64,000 nucleotides of DNA from Kiritimatiellia bacterium (GCA_046484345.1 JAWOJA010000067.1:22905-86904), one strand, 5' to 3'; positions 17,842 through 28,103 are shown, numbered from the stretch's first letter. The notes: a model not told the origin generated them from the sequence alone. A program made the numbers and translations.

Positions 17842-20663
17842 GACGAGCGGGCTCCATCTGGGTGGTCGGGGTTGCGACGGTGCTTCTTTTCATAGGGGCG
17901 TTGCCGGGGCGCGCTCAAAGCGAGGACGCCTTGCAGCGCGAACTGAATTTCTGTTCCGCTCTGGTGAAGTGGCGTTTCTCCGACTACGCCACGCGGCTGG
18001 TGGATAATCTGGAAAAAAACAACCCTTCCGAAAAGGGGCGCCTGGCCCGCGTGCGGGTTGAAATCCTGACTTCCCAGGGCAAGGCCGACGAGGCGCGGGC
18101 CTTGATCAAGACCTTTCCGCCCGACAGCACGGCCACTTATGGCATGTTGCTGGCTCTTGGCGATTCCTTGTACGGCATGGGCAAGCTGAACGAGGCCAAG
18201 GCGGTTTACCGGGGATTTTTCGCCAATTTCGAGAAGGGCCCACCGCCGGAAATCGCCAAATTCTACCAGGAATCGGCTTACAAATATTCCCAGATGATGG
18301 CCATGACGGGGAACGACAAGGAAGCCCTGCTGGCCTATGAGTTCGTTTTGCTGTCCAAGCCGGAGCCGGATGTCGAACGCCGCCTGCAAATCGAGATGGC
18401 CGAGCTTTGCCTGAAAGTCGGTCGGCAGGAAAGCGGCAAGGTGCGAGACGACTATTTTGCCCGCGCCAAGAAATTGTGCGAGCTTGTCCAATGGAAGGGC
18501 CTGGACCTCTGGTTCGGGCAGTCCGTGGTGATTCTGGCTCATATTGAGCAACTCAAGGGCAACCGCAAGGGGGCCATGGACACCATCACCACCTATCTGC
18601 CCATGCTGAAGGAGCTGGACGACGCCTTGAAGGCCGAGAATTATCCGCTGAAGCTTTCGCCCATGGCCCAATGCCGCTACATTCTCGGCACGTTGTATGA
18701 AGACGAGGCCCGGGCGCTGATCGTGGAAGAGAAAAAGGACGAGGCGGTCAAGGCTTTCGGCCAGGCGCTCAACCACCTGTATAACGTGTTCGTCAAATAT
18801 CCCGATTCCACGTGGGCGCCGGATGCGGGAGCGCGGGCCGAGCGCATGGCCACGGACCTTAAGGATATGGGTTTCAAGGTCAAGCTTCCCGAAATCAATC
18901 TCGCCCCCGTCATCGAAGCGCAGCTCAAAGAGGCGCGCCTGCTGTTTTCCCAGCAGGATTTCAAGGCCGCTTGCGCCAAGTATCTGACGGTATTGAATGT
19001 TTTTCCGGAGCAACCCGGATCGGTTCAGTCGCTGGGCGAGCTGGGCCAATGCTACCTGAACCTTCAGGACAAGCTGTTCATGCGGGTGGTGGTGCAGGAG
19101 CTGTCGGATCGGTACGGTGCGCGCGCGAATTTCCGGGACGATGCCGGGACGGCCCTGGTTCGCCTGGCCCGCGCGGCGGAAGAGATCAACGATAACGAGT
19201 CTCTGGCTTTCTTGAACCAGCTCTTTTTCGAAAAATTCTCCGACCACAAGCAGGTGCCCAGCATGCTTTACCAGTCCGGCGAACGGCAACTCGAAAAGGA
19301 AAATTACGACTTGGCCGTCTCCTATTATTCACAGGTGGCGCAGGATTATACGAACGCCTCGGTTTATCTGGCCTCCCTCAACCGCCTGTCGCTCTGTTAC
19401 ACAAAACGGGGCGATTGGAGCAACGCCGTTGACGTGCTCACCCGCTACACGGCCGAACTCCCGTTCGGGCCCCAGCTGGCATCCGCCCGTTTCCGGCTGG
19501 CCGATGCCAACCGGCAAGTTGACCGGCTGATTCCGGCCATCAACGAGTATTTCAAGCTGATCAAGGGGCTCACCGAGGAGGAGGCGAAATATGCCTCCAC
19601 GCCCGACGAAAAGGCGGCCAATCGCAAGCTGCTGGAGCAGGCCATGTTCTGGAAGGCCTATTGTTATTCCCGGTTGCGCGAGCCGGCCGATAAAGTCTCC
19701 TCCCACCAGGCCCAGGCGGCCGAGGATTACGCGGCCTTTTTGAAGATGTTTCCCAAATCGGAACTGTCGCCCAGCGCGCTGAGCAGCCGGGGCGTGCTGC
19801 TGTTGATTCTGAACCGGAATGCCGAGGCCGCCGAGTGTTACGACCGTCTGTCGCGCGAATTTCCTCAGTCCGAGCAGGCGCGCAACGCCGTTTTCGCCCG
19901 CGGAACCAGCTTGCTGGAAATGGGCCAGAAGGACCAGGCCGCCAAGGTGTTCGAGGAGATGTTCGCCAGTCCCGGCAAGTTCGGCGCCCCCCAGTTCTAT
20001 CAAGCCGGCCGCGTCATGCTCGAACAGAACGAGAACGGCATCGCCATTCGCGCCTTCGAACAGGCGTTGCGGGGGAAACCCGAAAAAGCCCTGGAGGAGG
20101 CGTTGCGCTATTATCTGGGCATGGCCTATTCGGCGAACGGCGACACCCGGAATGTGATCAGGCATCTCGAAGCCCTCAAGGCGCTCAATGCCAGTTCCGG
20201 ATTCACGGTCGAAGCCGGGTTCCTGCTGAGCAAGGCCTACGCGACGATGGGCAAGCAGGAAACGGCCGAAGAGCCCCGGTTGAAAATGTTCAACAGCGCC
20301 ATCCGCGTCATGAACCAGGCCAGCCGCCTGATGACCAAGCCGGAGGAGCGGGCCCGTCGCGATTTCGAACTCGCCGGCATCCAGATCCTGAAAGGGGATC
20401 CCGAAAGCGCCATTGCCTCCCACCAGCGACTCGTGCTTTTGAGCGATTATGGGAACGCCAAGGTGCGCCCCGTCATCGAGCAGGCCTTTGAGGCGGTCAT
20501 GCCCCTGTTGCTCGAGCGCGATATGAACCAGGACCTGATGGACAATGCGACGCTGTATCTGCAGCAGTTTCCGAACGGCCGGTTGATGGTGCAGGCCCGG
20601 CAGTGGCGCGAGAAGGCGCAACAGAAAATGGCCATGGCCGGGGCGGCGCCGGTTGCTCCCTGA
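17838..20663 (+). CDS. large exported TPR-repeat protein
   Basis: Signal peptide ending in ARA/RAQ-like cleavage region; many helical repeats with YP/FP-x-S turns (KYPDSTWAPDA, MFPKSELSPSA, EFPQSEQA). Confidence 0.85.
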   Translation: MRRAGSIWVVGVATVLLFIGALPGRAQSEDALQRELNFCSALVKWRFSDYATRLVDNLEKNNPSEKGRLARVRVEILTSQGKADEARALIKTFPPDSTATYGMLLALGDSLYGMGKLNEAKAVYRGFFANFEKGPPPEIAKFYQESAYKYSQMMAMTGNDKEALLAYEFVLLSKPEPDVERRLQIEMAELCLKVGRQESGKVRDDYFARAKKLCELVQWKGLDLWFGQSVVILAHIEQLKGNRKGAMDTITTYLPMLKELDDALKAENYPLKLSPMAQCRYILGTLYEDEARALIVEEKKDEAVKAFGQALNHLYNVFVKYPDSTWAPDAGARAERMATDLKDMGFKVKLPEINLAPVIEAQLKEARLLFSQQDFKAACAKYLTVLNVFPEQPGSVQSLGELGQCYLNLQDKLFMRVVVQELSDRYGARANFRDDAGTALVRLARAAEEINDNESLAFLNQLFFEKFSDHKQVPSMLYQSGERQLEKENYDLAVSYYSQVAQDYTNASVYLASLNRLSLCYTKRGDWSNAVDVLTRYTAELPFGPQLASARFRLADANRQVDRLIPAINEYFKLIKGLTEEEAKYASTPDEKAANRKLLEQAMFWKAYCYSRLREPADKVSSHQAQAAEDYAAFLKMFPKSELSPSALSSRGVLLLILNRNAEAAECYDRLSREFPQSEQARNAVFARGTSLLEMGQKDQAAKVFEEMFASPGKFGAPQFYQAGRVMLEQNENGIAIRAFEQALRGKPEKALEEALRYYLGMAYSANGDTRNVIRHLEALKALNASSGFTVEAGFLLSKAYATMGKQETAEEPRLKMFNSAIRVMNQASRLMTKPEERARRDFELAGIQILKGDPESAIASHQRLVLLSDYGNAKVRPVIEQAFEAVMPLLLERDMNQDLMDNATLYLQQFPNGRLMVQARQWREKAQQKMAMAGAAPVAP

Positions 20664-20715
20664 TTTGAAAGTTAGAATGAAAACAGGCAAACCGAGAACG
20701 AAAAAGGACCTGAAA

Positions 20716-21510
20716 ATGAAAAAAACAATCTTATCCGGCTGGCCGCTGGCCCTTTCGACGGTGCTCGCCATGGCGGCCCCGGAGCTTCGGGCCGATCGGG
20801 TGATCATGAAGTCCGGCCAGGTCTTCGAAGCCAAGTCCATCCGCTTCAAGCCCAGCGCGCAGGAGTACAGCGTGGTCACGCTCGACAACATCACCACGCC
20901 GATTCCCGCTAAAAACGTGGAAAAGGTGGAGGTCCCCAAGCCGGCCGCCCTGGCCGCGGCCCAGGCGAACGTGGCGGCGGGCAAGTACGACGCGGCCATC
21001 GGTCCGCTGGGTGCCATCATCACGGAAAACGTGGGGTTGGAGTGGGACAACACGGCCCGCGACCTCCTGGGCCAGGCCTATCTGGGCAAAAGGGACGGCA
21101 AGAAAGCGGTCTCGATCTACAAGGAATACCTGGAAAACGTGCCGGCTGAAAAAGTGTCGCTGGACATTCGCCGCCGTTACTGGGATGCCCTCAAGATCGC
21201 CGAGATGTTCCCGACGCTGAAGAACGACCTCGAGAAGGTCATCAAGGAGGGCAGCCGCCCCATGGCCGCCCTGGCGCAGATGATGCGCGGTGAAATGTAT
21301 GCCGCGCAGGGACAGAAGAACGAGGCGCTCTTGGATTTTCTCCGCACCGCGTTGCTCTATGAGGACGTCAAGCCTATCCAGCCGGAGGCGCTCTTCAAGG
21401 CGGCCCAGCGCCTGGACGAATTGCGCGATCCGCGGGCGGCCGAGTTGAGGAAGAAGCTGGCGCAGGACTATCCCAACAGCCCCTATGCGAAAAACGCGGG
21501 CGGTGGGTGA
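20716..21510 (+). CDS. exported TPR protein
   Basis: Signal peptide, DRVIMKSG beta start, ALLDFLRTALLY and C-terminal DYPNSPYA; ATG 20716 after AAGGA. Confidence 0.8.
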   Translation: MKKTILSGWPLALSTVLAMAAPELRADRVIMKSGQVFEAKSIRFKPSAQEYSVVTLDNITTPIPAKNVEKVEVPKPAALAAAQANVAAGKYDAAIGPLGAIITENVGLEWDNTARDLLGQAYLGKRDGKKAVSIYKEYLENVPAEKVSLDIRRRYWDALKIAEMFPTLKNDLEKVIKEGSRPMAALAQMMRGEMYAAQGQKNEALLDFLRTALLYEDVKPIQPEALFKAAQRLDELRDPRAAELRKKLAQDYPNSPYAKNAGGG

Positions 21511-21564
21511 CGGAATCGTGATTAAACATAGCGGACAGCGGGAAAGAGTCAAAGGAGCAGGGTA

Positions 21565-22407
21565 ATGAAAAAATGGCTGACAGGGTTCACGGTGGCGGCG
21601 GTGTTGGCGATGATGGGCGCGGCGATTCCGGAAAGCGCGATCGCCCAGGACGAGGCGGGCGGGGATGCGGTGGTTGCGGCAGCGGCCCCCGCGGAAGACG
21701 CCGGCAAGATGCAGCTCGACAAGGATGTGGCCGCCGGCGATGCCGCCGCCAAAACATCAACCTCCCCCGGGTTTATGGATATCGTGAACAGCAGCGGAAC
21801 CATGGGCACGTTCTTGTGGTTGGCGCTTCTGATCGCCTTGTTCGCGGGCATCTACTTCATTGTGGACGGCATTATTCTGATCCGCGTCAACCGCGTCATG
21901 CCGCAGACCCTGCTCGCAAAGGTCCGAGAAGCCATGAGCCAGGGGGATGTGGCGTTGGCCCTGGAAAGTTGCAAAAACGAGCCCTGCCCGATGGCCAACA
22001 TTCTGACCGCCGGCTTCTCCCATGTGGAGGAGGGGTTTGACGTGATCCAGGAGGCCATCGGCATTTCCGCCGATTTCGAGAGCGAACAGATGATGCAGCG
22101 CATCCAGTACCTGACGCTCGTGGCCGCCATCTCGCCCATGCTTGGCCTGCTCGGCACGGTGCAGGGCATGATTTACGCCTTTTTCAACCTGGCCATCATG
22201 GGCTCGGGCGCGGCGCAGACTGGAACGCTGGCCCTGAACATCGGCCAGGCCCTTTACACAACCGCCGCCGGATTGTGCATCACTATTCCCGTGATGTCCG
22301 TCTATCACATCCTGCGCAACAAGGCCAACAAGATCATCCTGCGCATGCAGGCCCACACCATGGAGCTGGTCAAGGACCTGCGCAACGTGGAAGTCGTTTC
22401 CGAGTAA
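21565..22407 (+). CDS. MotA/TolQ/ExbB proton channel protein
   Basis: SPMLGLLGTVQGMI and IGQALYTTAAGL. Confidence 0.93.
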   Translation: MKKWLTGFTVAAVLAMMGAAIPESAIAQDEAGGDAVVAAAAPAEDAGKMQLDKDVAAGDAAAKTSTSPGFMDIVNSSGTMGTFLWLALLIALFAGIYFIVDGIILIRVNRVMPQTLLAKVREAMSQGDVALALESCKNEPCPMANILTAGFSHVEEGFDVIQEAIGISADFESEQMMQRIQYLTLVAAISPMLGLLGTVQGMIYAFFNLAIMGSGAAQTGTLALNIGQALYTTAAGLCITIPVMSVYHILRNKANKIILRMQAHTMELVKDLRNVEVVSE

Positions 22408-22445
22408 CCGGAAGTTCCCGGTTTTCGGGATAAGGAGGCTGCCCT

Positions 22446-22865
22446 ATGGCCAGACTCAGCAGAGAAGATGCGGCGCTGGATATGACGCCCATGATCGACA
22501 TGGTCTTTCAGCTCATGATTTTTTTCCTGGTCACCATCAAAATGGACCAGGACCAGATCAATGAGTCGATCCGGCTGGCCAAGTCGCCGCATGGCCCGTC
22601 GATCGAGGAGCGCGATCCCCGGACCATCACCATCGAGGTGGACCGGAGAGGCCGCATTTCGCTGGGAGGGACCTACATGAGGCCCGACCTGCTGAAGGCC
22701 ATCCTGCAGGGCTCCATTTACAAGACCGGGTTCGGCATTCCCATCCTCATTCGCGGCGACCTCACGGCGCCGCACCAGGACATCCGGCGCGTGATGGACA
22801 TCTGTTCGGGCGTGGGCTTGTGGCGCATCCAGTTCGCCGCCATCCAAAAGGAAGCCAAGAAATGA
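22446..22865 (+). CDS. ExbD/TolR family protein
   Basis: LDMTPMIDMVFQLMIFFLV, ILIRGD. Confidence 0.93.
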   Translation: MARLSREDAALDMTPMIDMVFQLMIFFLVTIKMDQDQINESIRLAKSPHGPSIEERDPRTITIEVDRRGRISLGGTYMRPDLLKAILQGSIYKTGFGIPILIRGDLTAPHQDIRRVMDICSGVGLWRIQFAAIQKEAKK

Positions 22866-23266
22866 AACGCACCCGGCGAACCGTTTACGAAGAGGCCAAG
22901 CTGGACATGACGCCCATGATCGATTGCGTCTTCCAGTTGCTCATCTTTTTCCTGGTTTCCATGAAGTTCGAGGACATCATCGCCCATCTCGATGTGTATC
23001 GGCCCGCCCCGGATCCCCAAGCGGTGCCTCAGGAAAAAGTGGACGACTTGGTTACGATCGGCATCTTTGTCGATGGTTACACCATCAACGACAAGCCCAT
23101 GGGCCTGGAATCCCTGGACCGCATGCTGGGCAAGCTCGCCGGGTACAGCAAGACCCAGACCATCCTGATCAAGTGCGCCCCGGACTCCCCCCACGAAAGG
23201 CTCATCCAACTCCTGGATCTTTGTTCCAAGAACAAGCTGCAAAATCTTTCCGTGCTCAGCATGTAA
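22862..23266 (+). CDS. ExbD/TolR family protein (second copy)
   Basis: LDMTPMIDCVFQLLIFFLV; ATG 22862 overlaps the upstream stop. Confidence 0.92.
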   Translation: MKRTRRTVYEEAKLDMTPMIDCVFQLLIFFLVSMKFEDIIAHLDVYRPAPDPQAVPQEKVDDLVTIGIFVDGYTINDKPMGLESLDRMLGKLAGYSKTQTILIKCAPDSPHERLIQLLDLCSKNKLQNLSVLSM

Positions 23267-25059
23267 TGCCGGCCCGCATCCAGATTCTGTCCGATGTGGT
23301 GGCCAATCAGATTGCCGCCGGGGAAGTGGTGGATCGGCCCGCTTCCGTGCTCAAGGAGTTGATGGAAAATGCCCTGGACGCCGGGGCCACGCAGATCGAC
23401 GTCGACATCCAGGCGGGCGGCATCAAGCGCATCGCCGTTTCGGACAACGGCTGCGGCATGGACCGGGACGACGCGCTTCTGTCGGTCGAGCGCCACGCCA
23501 CCAGCAAGATCCGCGAGGCGGAGGACATTGCCAACCTGGCGACGCTCGGGTTCCGCGGCGAGGCGCTTGCCGCGATCGCCTCCGTCTCCCGCTTCCGGCT
23601 GGTCACCCGCCCCGCCGGGGCGCAGTCGGGCACGGAGCTCACCCTGGCCGGCGGCCGCCTCGGGGACGTCCGGGAAGCCGGCGCCCCGCCAGGGACGACG
23701 TTCGAGGTGCGCGACCTGTTTTTCAACATGCCCGCCCGCCGCAAATTCCTCCGCGCCCCGGAGACCGAGGCCGGTCACCTGCGCCTGGCTTTTCTGACCC
23801 AGGCTCTCGGCCATCCGGAAACCGGCATGAACCTGAGGGCCGAAGGCCGCACGCTTTACAGTTTGGCCGGCGGCGCTTCCCTGGCCGACCGCATTCGCGA
23901 CCTTTTCGGGGCGGAGTATTTGTCCCGCCTGCGGCCGGTTTCGCATACCGCGGGAAGCGTGGCCGTGAGCGGTTTTGCCGGCGTTCCGGAGGCGGCCCGC
24001 CTCGACCGCGGGGAGCAATATCTTTTCATCAACGGCCGGCCCGCCACCGCCCCGTCGCTGGCGCGCGCCCTGCGCGAAGGCTATCACACCCTGCTGGCCT
24101 CGGATCGCAACCCGGTGTTGTTCCTGTTTTTAAAAGTGCCCGCCGACCGGGTGGACGTGAACGTGCATCCCACGAAACGCGAGGTCCGCTTCCGCGACCA
24201 CAACGAGGTCCGCGACGCCGTGATCGGCGCCCTGCGCCGCGCGCTGGCTTTTGACGGCGCCGCGCTGCTGGCCGCCGCCGCCGCCGCGCCGCCCCCGCCG
24301 CCCGCGGGGCCGCCCCGGTATGGCGCCGCGTTCCCGATCGCCGATCTGCCGCCCGCCCGCGCCTTCCGCTATCCGCGCCTTCCGCAGTCCCCGGGGCCTG
24401 GCGAAAGCGCGGGGGCATCGTTCCCCATACAGGATCAAACGCCTGGGCCGACTCCGGCGGCCGAAGCCGGGCGAAGCCCCTGGGACTGGTGCCGGATTCT
24501 GGGCCAGGTCGGCTCGCTCTATGTGGTCCTGGAAACCGCCGACGGCCTTGTCCTTCTGGATCCGCACGCCGCCCACGAGCGCGTGCTCTTCGAACGCTTC
24601 ATGAAGGCCCTGGCGGCCGGCAACGTGGAAAGCCAGAATCTTCTTGTCCCTGAGACCGTAAACCTTCCCCCCGCTTACGGGCAGGCCTGCCGCGGCCACA
24701 TCGAATTGTTGCGGCGCCTGGGGTTCGGGCTGGCCGAGTTCGGCGGCGACACCGTGGCCGTGGACGCGCTGCCGGTTCTGTTCGGCGATGTTTCCGCGGC
24801 GCGGCTGCTGCCCGACATCCTCTCCGAGCTGGAGGCCGCCGGGTCGGGCCCTTCCCGCGCGCGGTGGAGCGAGGAGCGGCTCGCCGAGGCCGCCTGCAAG
24901 AGCGCCGTCAAGCAGCGCGACCGCCTGACGCTGGCCGAGATCGAAAAGCTGGTGCTCGATCTCGCGGCCGCGGACATGCCCTACACCTGCCCCCACGGGC
25001 GGCCGACCATGATCTGGCTTTCGTTCCCCGAATTGCACCGCCGCTTCGGGCGCACATGA
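23266..25059 (+). CDS. mutL: DNA mismatch repair endonuclease MutL
   Basis: NQIAAGEVVDRPASVLKELMEN, HATSKI, GFRGEALA, DVNVHPTK, DPHAAHER, ACK, CPHGRP; TAATG overlap with exbD. Confidence 0.97.
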   Translation: MPARIQILSDVVANQIAAGEVVDRPASVLKELMENALDAGATQIDVDIQAGGIKRIAVSDNGCGMDRDDALLSVERHATSKIREAEDIANLATLGFRGEALAAIASVSRFRLVTRPAGAQSGTELTLAGGRLGDVREAGAPPGTTFEVRDLFFNMPARRKFLRAPETEAGHLRLAFLTQALGHPETGMNLRAEGRTLYSLAGGASLADRIRDLFGAEYLSRLRPVSHTAGSVAVSGFAGVPEAARLDRGEQYLFINGRPATAPSLARALREGYHTLLASDRNPVLFLFLKVPADRVDVNVHPTKREVRFRDHNEVRDAVIGALRRALAFDGAALLAAAAAAPPPPPAGPPRYGAAFPIADLPPARAFRYPRLPQSPGPGESAGASFPIQDQTPGPTPAAEAGRSPWDWCRILGQVGSLYVVLETADGLVLLDPHAAHERVLFERFMKALAAGNVESQNLLVPETVNLPPAYGQACRGHIELLRRLGFGLAEFGGDTVAVDALPVLFGDVSAARLLPDILSELEAAGSGPSRARWSEERLAEAACKSAVKQRDRLTLAEIEKLVLDLAAADMPYTCPHGRPTMIWLSFPELHRRFGRT

Positions 25060-25072
25060 AAAGGAGGCGCGC

Positions 25073-27061
25073 GTGATCATCCTGGGCGATCGTCCTTTTG
25101 ATAGGGATGCCGGCGGGCGGCTCAAGTCGCGCATCGCCACGGTGTTCCTGCGGACGCCGGGGCTGGTGACCCTGCCGGGGATTCACGCCACCCAGCGCGC
25201 GGCGTGGGCGCACGCCCTTAACGCCGGGCGCGCCGCGGAAGGCCGACCCGCCCTCGACCCCGCGGAGCAGGAAGCCGAGTGGAACGAATCCGTGGATCTG
25301 ATCATCGAGCCGGACGCCATCCTCATCCGTCCCGATCCCGAGGCGATGGGCCTTTCGTTCCGGGCCGACGAGCTTCTCCAGGAGCTGGTCTCGAAGCGCC
25401 GGATCCGTTTCCTGTACGCCACCAATCCCCAGGTGCGGAACGCCCTGCGCGACCGGGGCGAATATTGGCGGATGAGCGGCCTGCCGCGGACCGCGGAGGA
25501 AATGCGGGCCATGCTTGAGTCCTCCCGCCTTTCCATCGGCGGCGGGGTGATCTATTATTACAACCGCCTGACCGGCACGCGCTACATCACGCTGTCTGCT
25601 TTTCGGGGCCTTGGCGGTCTCGGCTTCGGCGAGCTTCTTCTGCATTTGCTGGAGATCCAGACCCACAGCCGGCGGCTGAACCGGTTTGGAAGCCCCGAAA
25701 TCGACTTCTTCCTGGCAGGCGTTGCCTTCGGGGCGGCCGATTTCGAGCGGTATGATTTCGGCGCCCTGGCGCCGGAGGCGTTGCGGGCCGCGCACGGGGA
25801 TCTCACGCTCCGGTTCGAGCGGGCCGTTCCGCCCTCTTTGCGCGAGGACGATCCGGCGGACATGGAGTGGCGCAACCGCATGTTCAGCGTGTTGCTCGGT
25901 CGCCGCGACGAAGCCATCAGCGACGATCTGCTGAGGGGGCTCAGTCCCGAATTTTTCATGCAGGTCGAATGGCTGCCCGGCGGGCGCATCGAGGAGGGCG
26001 AACTGATTTTCGACAGCGTGTTCGACGAGCTGGACCGGGAGCCCGACAATGCCGTCCTCCGCCGGCTCTGCGATTTGCGCGCCCGCGCTTTCATCTTCAA
26101 TTACATCCGCGAGTATGGGGACATCGAGCACGTCAACATCGGCCGGATCAGCCGGTCGCTGTCTCATCGCGTCAACGACGGGCAGGCCCGTCACACAGTC
26201 TACATTGCCCAGGTCAAGGACCCCGAACGCGCCGAACCCGTGGTGCACATCCTGCGCGTACAGAAGTGGGGCGTGCCGGAACACCTTGACGCCGGCAAGG
26301 AGTTTTTCGCGGCGGTTATGGAATCGGACGAATATGTGGACTACGTGCTGGACCGCCGGCTGGGCTGCCGCCAGCTGGGCATGAACCTGCCGCCCCGTGT
26401 CGTCACCCGTCGTATCCAGGAGCGGTATACGGGTCCCGCCCGGCGCTATGCGGGCGCCACCTACTGGCTCACCTGTTTTGAGCGCGATTATATCGATGGC
26501 CGGGCCACGGACAAGCTTCCGCCCGCCGCCTACCGCGATCCGGTCTTCGCCGGGCGGCTGGCCGTTCTGCTCGGCGAGGCGGCGGCTCCGAACCTGATCG
26601 TGGGCTGCGCCGGCCGTTCGGGGGTTCCCATCTTCGACGATGGCGACGAGATCGCCTGTTTCGACGCGGAGGGGCGGCTCCTCCGCCTCGCGGTTTCGGA
26701 CCACACCGGCGCCTTTACGGATTTCACCTCGTCTTTCGACCGCCTGGCGCCCGCCTACGCGGAGCCGATTCGCCGCCGCGCCGCTCTGGTGGGCGACCCC
26801 GACGCATTTACGGAGGCCTTCCTGGACGGTTTCACTCGGCGCTTCGCGCACATCCGGGAGGGGTATCGGCGCCACCGTCGGGCCTTTCGCGCCCTGTTCC
26901 GGTACCGGCCGCGCGATGAGAAGGGGAGCTTTGCCTGCCGGTGGGACCGCGTTTTGGACCGCCTCGAGACGGCCGATCCCGGGGCGGTGGCCGCGATCAT
27001 CCGCGACCACGCCGGCGGCGCCCCGTGTGTCTCTGAACGGGACATGAAGACGAAGGGGTAA
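25073..27061 (+). CDS. hypothetical protein (662 aa), possible atypical kinase-like C-terminal half
   Basis: Long ORF with AGGAGG RBS filling the gap between mutL and the DMT gene; function not recognised. Confidence 0.8.
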   Translation: MIILGDRPFDRDAGGRLKSRIATVFLRTPGLVTLPGIHATQRAAWAHALNAGRAAEGRPALDPAEQEAEWNESVDLIIEPDAILIRPDPEAMGLSFRADELLQELVSKRRIRFLYATNPQVRNALRDRGEYWRMSGLPRTAEEMRAMLESSRLSIGGGVIYYYNRLTGTRYITLSAFRGLGGLGFGELLLHLLEIQTHSRRLNRFGSPEIDFFLAGVAFGAADFERYDFGALAPEALRAAHGDLTLRFERAVPPSLREDDPADMEWRNRMFSVLLGRRDEAISDDLLRGLSPEFFMQVEWLPGGRIEEGELIFDSVFDELDREPDNAVLRRLCDLRARAFIFNYIREYGDIEHVNIGRISRSLSHRVNDGQARHTVYIAQVKDPERAEPVVHILRVQKWGVPEHLDAGKEFFAAVMESDEYVDYVLDRRLGCRQLGMNLPPRVVTRRIQERYTGPARRYAGATYWLTCFERDYIDGRATDKLPPAAYRDPVFAGRLAVLLGEAAAPNLIVGCAGRSGVPIFDDGDEIACFDAEGRLLRLAVSDHTGAFTDFTSSFDRLAPAYAEPIRRRAALVGDPDAFTEAFLDGFTRRFAHIREGYRRHRRAFRALFRYRPRDEKGSFACRWDRVLDRLETADPGAVAAIIRDHAGGAPCVSERDMKTKG

Positions 27062-27415
27062 ATGAACGGCTATTGGATTCCCATTTTGCTTCTGACCGTC
27101 TCGAATGTCTTTATGACGTTCGCTTGGTACGGGCATCTCAAGTTCAAGGCGTCACCCCTGTGGATTGTGATCCTCCTGAGCTGGGGCATCGCCTTTTTGG
27201 AGTATTGTTTCCAGGTGCCGGCCAATCGGATCGGGCATCGGACTTTTTCTGCCGCGCAGTTAAAGACGATTCAGGAAATCATCACCCTGGTGGTTTTCAG
27301 TGTTTTCTCCATCGTGTATCTCAAGGAGGACTTCCGCTGGAACTATGCGGCGGCGTTTATCCTGATTGTGGCCGCCGCCTGTCTGATTTTTTCGGGCAAA
27401 CCGTCGTCTTCATAA
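27062..27415 (+). CDS. DMT-family small membrane protein (DUF486 type)
   Basis: SNVFMTFAWYGHLK, SWGIAFLEYCFQVPANRIG, QLKTIQEIITL. Confidence 0.92.
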   Translation: MNGYWIPILLLTVSNVFMTFAWYGHLKFKASPLWIVILLSWGIAFLEYCFQVPANRIGHRTFSAAQLKTIQEIITLVVFSVFSIVYLKEDFRWNYAAAFILIVAAACLIFSGKPSSS

Positions 27416-27416
27416 A

Positions 27417-27983
27417 ATGGCCGGGGAAGAGCAAAGGAGCGGAAGCATGGGCAAGGCATGGGCCGTTGTGGGCGCGCTGGCGGGGCTGGCGTTCGCGGGA
27501 GGATGCGGAACCGCGAACGTGACGTTGCCGCGCGGTAATCGGATGACGCCTGCGGAAGCCGTAACGGTCATCGAACGGGCGGCCCGGCTTAACGCCTTGT
27601 CGGATCCGGCGGCGCCTGCCGAAATCCAGGGGCCTGTCTGGGCCGATGCCGGCGGCTGGTACGTCCGGGAAGGGGGGCGGCTGGCCCGCTTGTATTATAC
27701 AGACATCGATGCCGTTCGCATCAGTTATGCCCAGGGTGGTGGGCTGGCCGCTTCGGCCTGCGTGGCTGGGTTGATGGGGCCATTCAGTTTCGCCTATGTG
27801 GAGGTCGTCATGAAAGACGCCAAGGTGTGGCGCCTGATGACCGATCCGCGCGGAGATCCGGGCGTTTTTTTCAACTGCGCCCCCTTGTGGCTCGTGACCT
27901 TTCCACGCCCGATGCGGAAGACGAAACGGGTCGGGCAATCCTTTGAGCTGATGCGGGTTCGTGCGGGGATCCGGTCGCTCTGA
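27417..27983 (+). CDS. putative lipoprotein
   Basis: Hydrophobic segment ending FAGG|C; start may be ATG 27447. Confidence 0.65.
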   Translation: MAGEEQRSGSMGKAWAVVGALAGLAFAGGCGTANVTLPRGNRMTPAEAVTVIERAARLNALSDPAAPAEIQGPVWADAGGWYVREGGRLARLYYTDIDAVRISYAQGGGLAASACVAGLMGPFSFAYVEVVMKDAKVWRLMTDPRGDPGVFFNCAPLWLVTFPRPMRKTKRVGQSFELMRVRAGIRSL

Positions 27984-28103
27984 AAGCCGCCCGCGGGGAA
28001 TGCGTGTTTTTCTATCCTTGTTTCTGTGCTTCGTTTTGTTAGTTTAAGAGCCGGAGGCAAGGTGCCGAAGGATCTGTCCGATCTTGAATCAGAAGGGGTT
28101 GCC

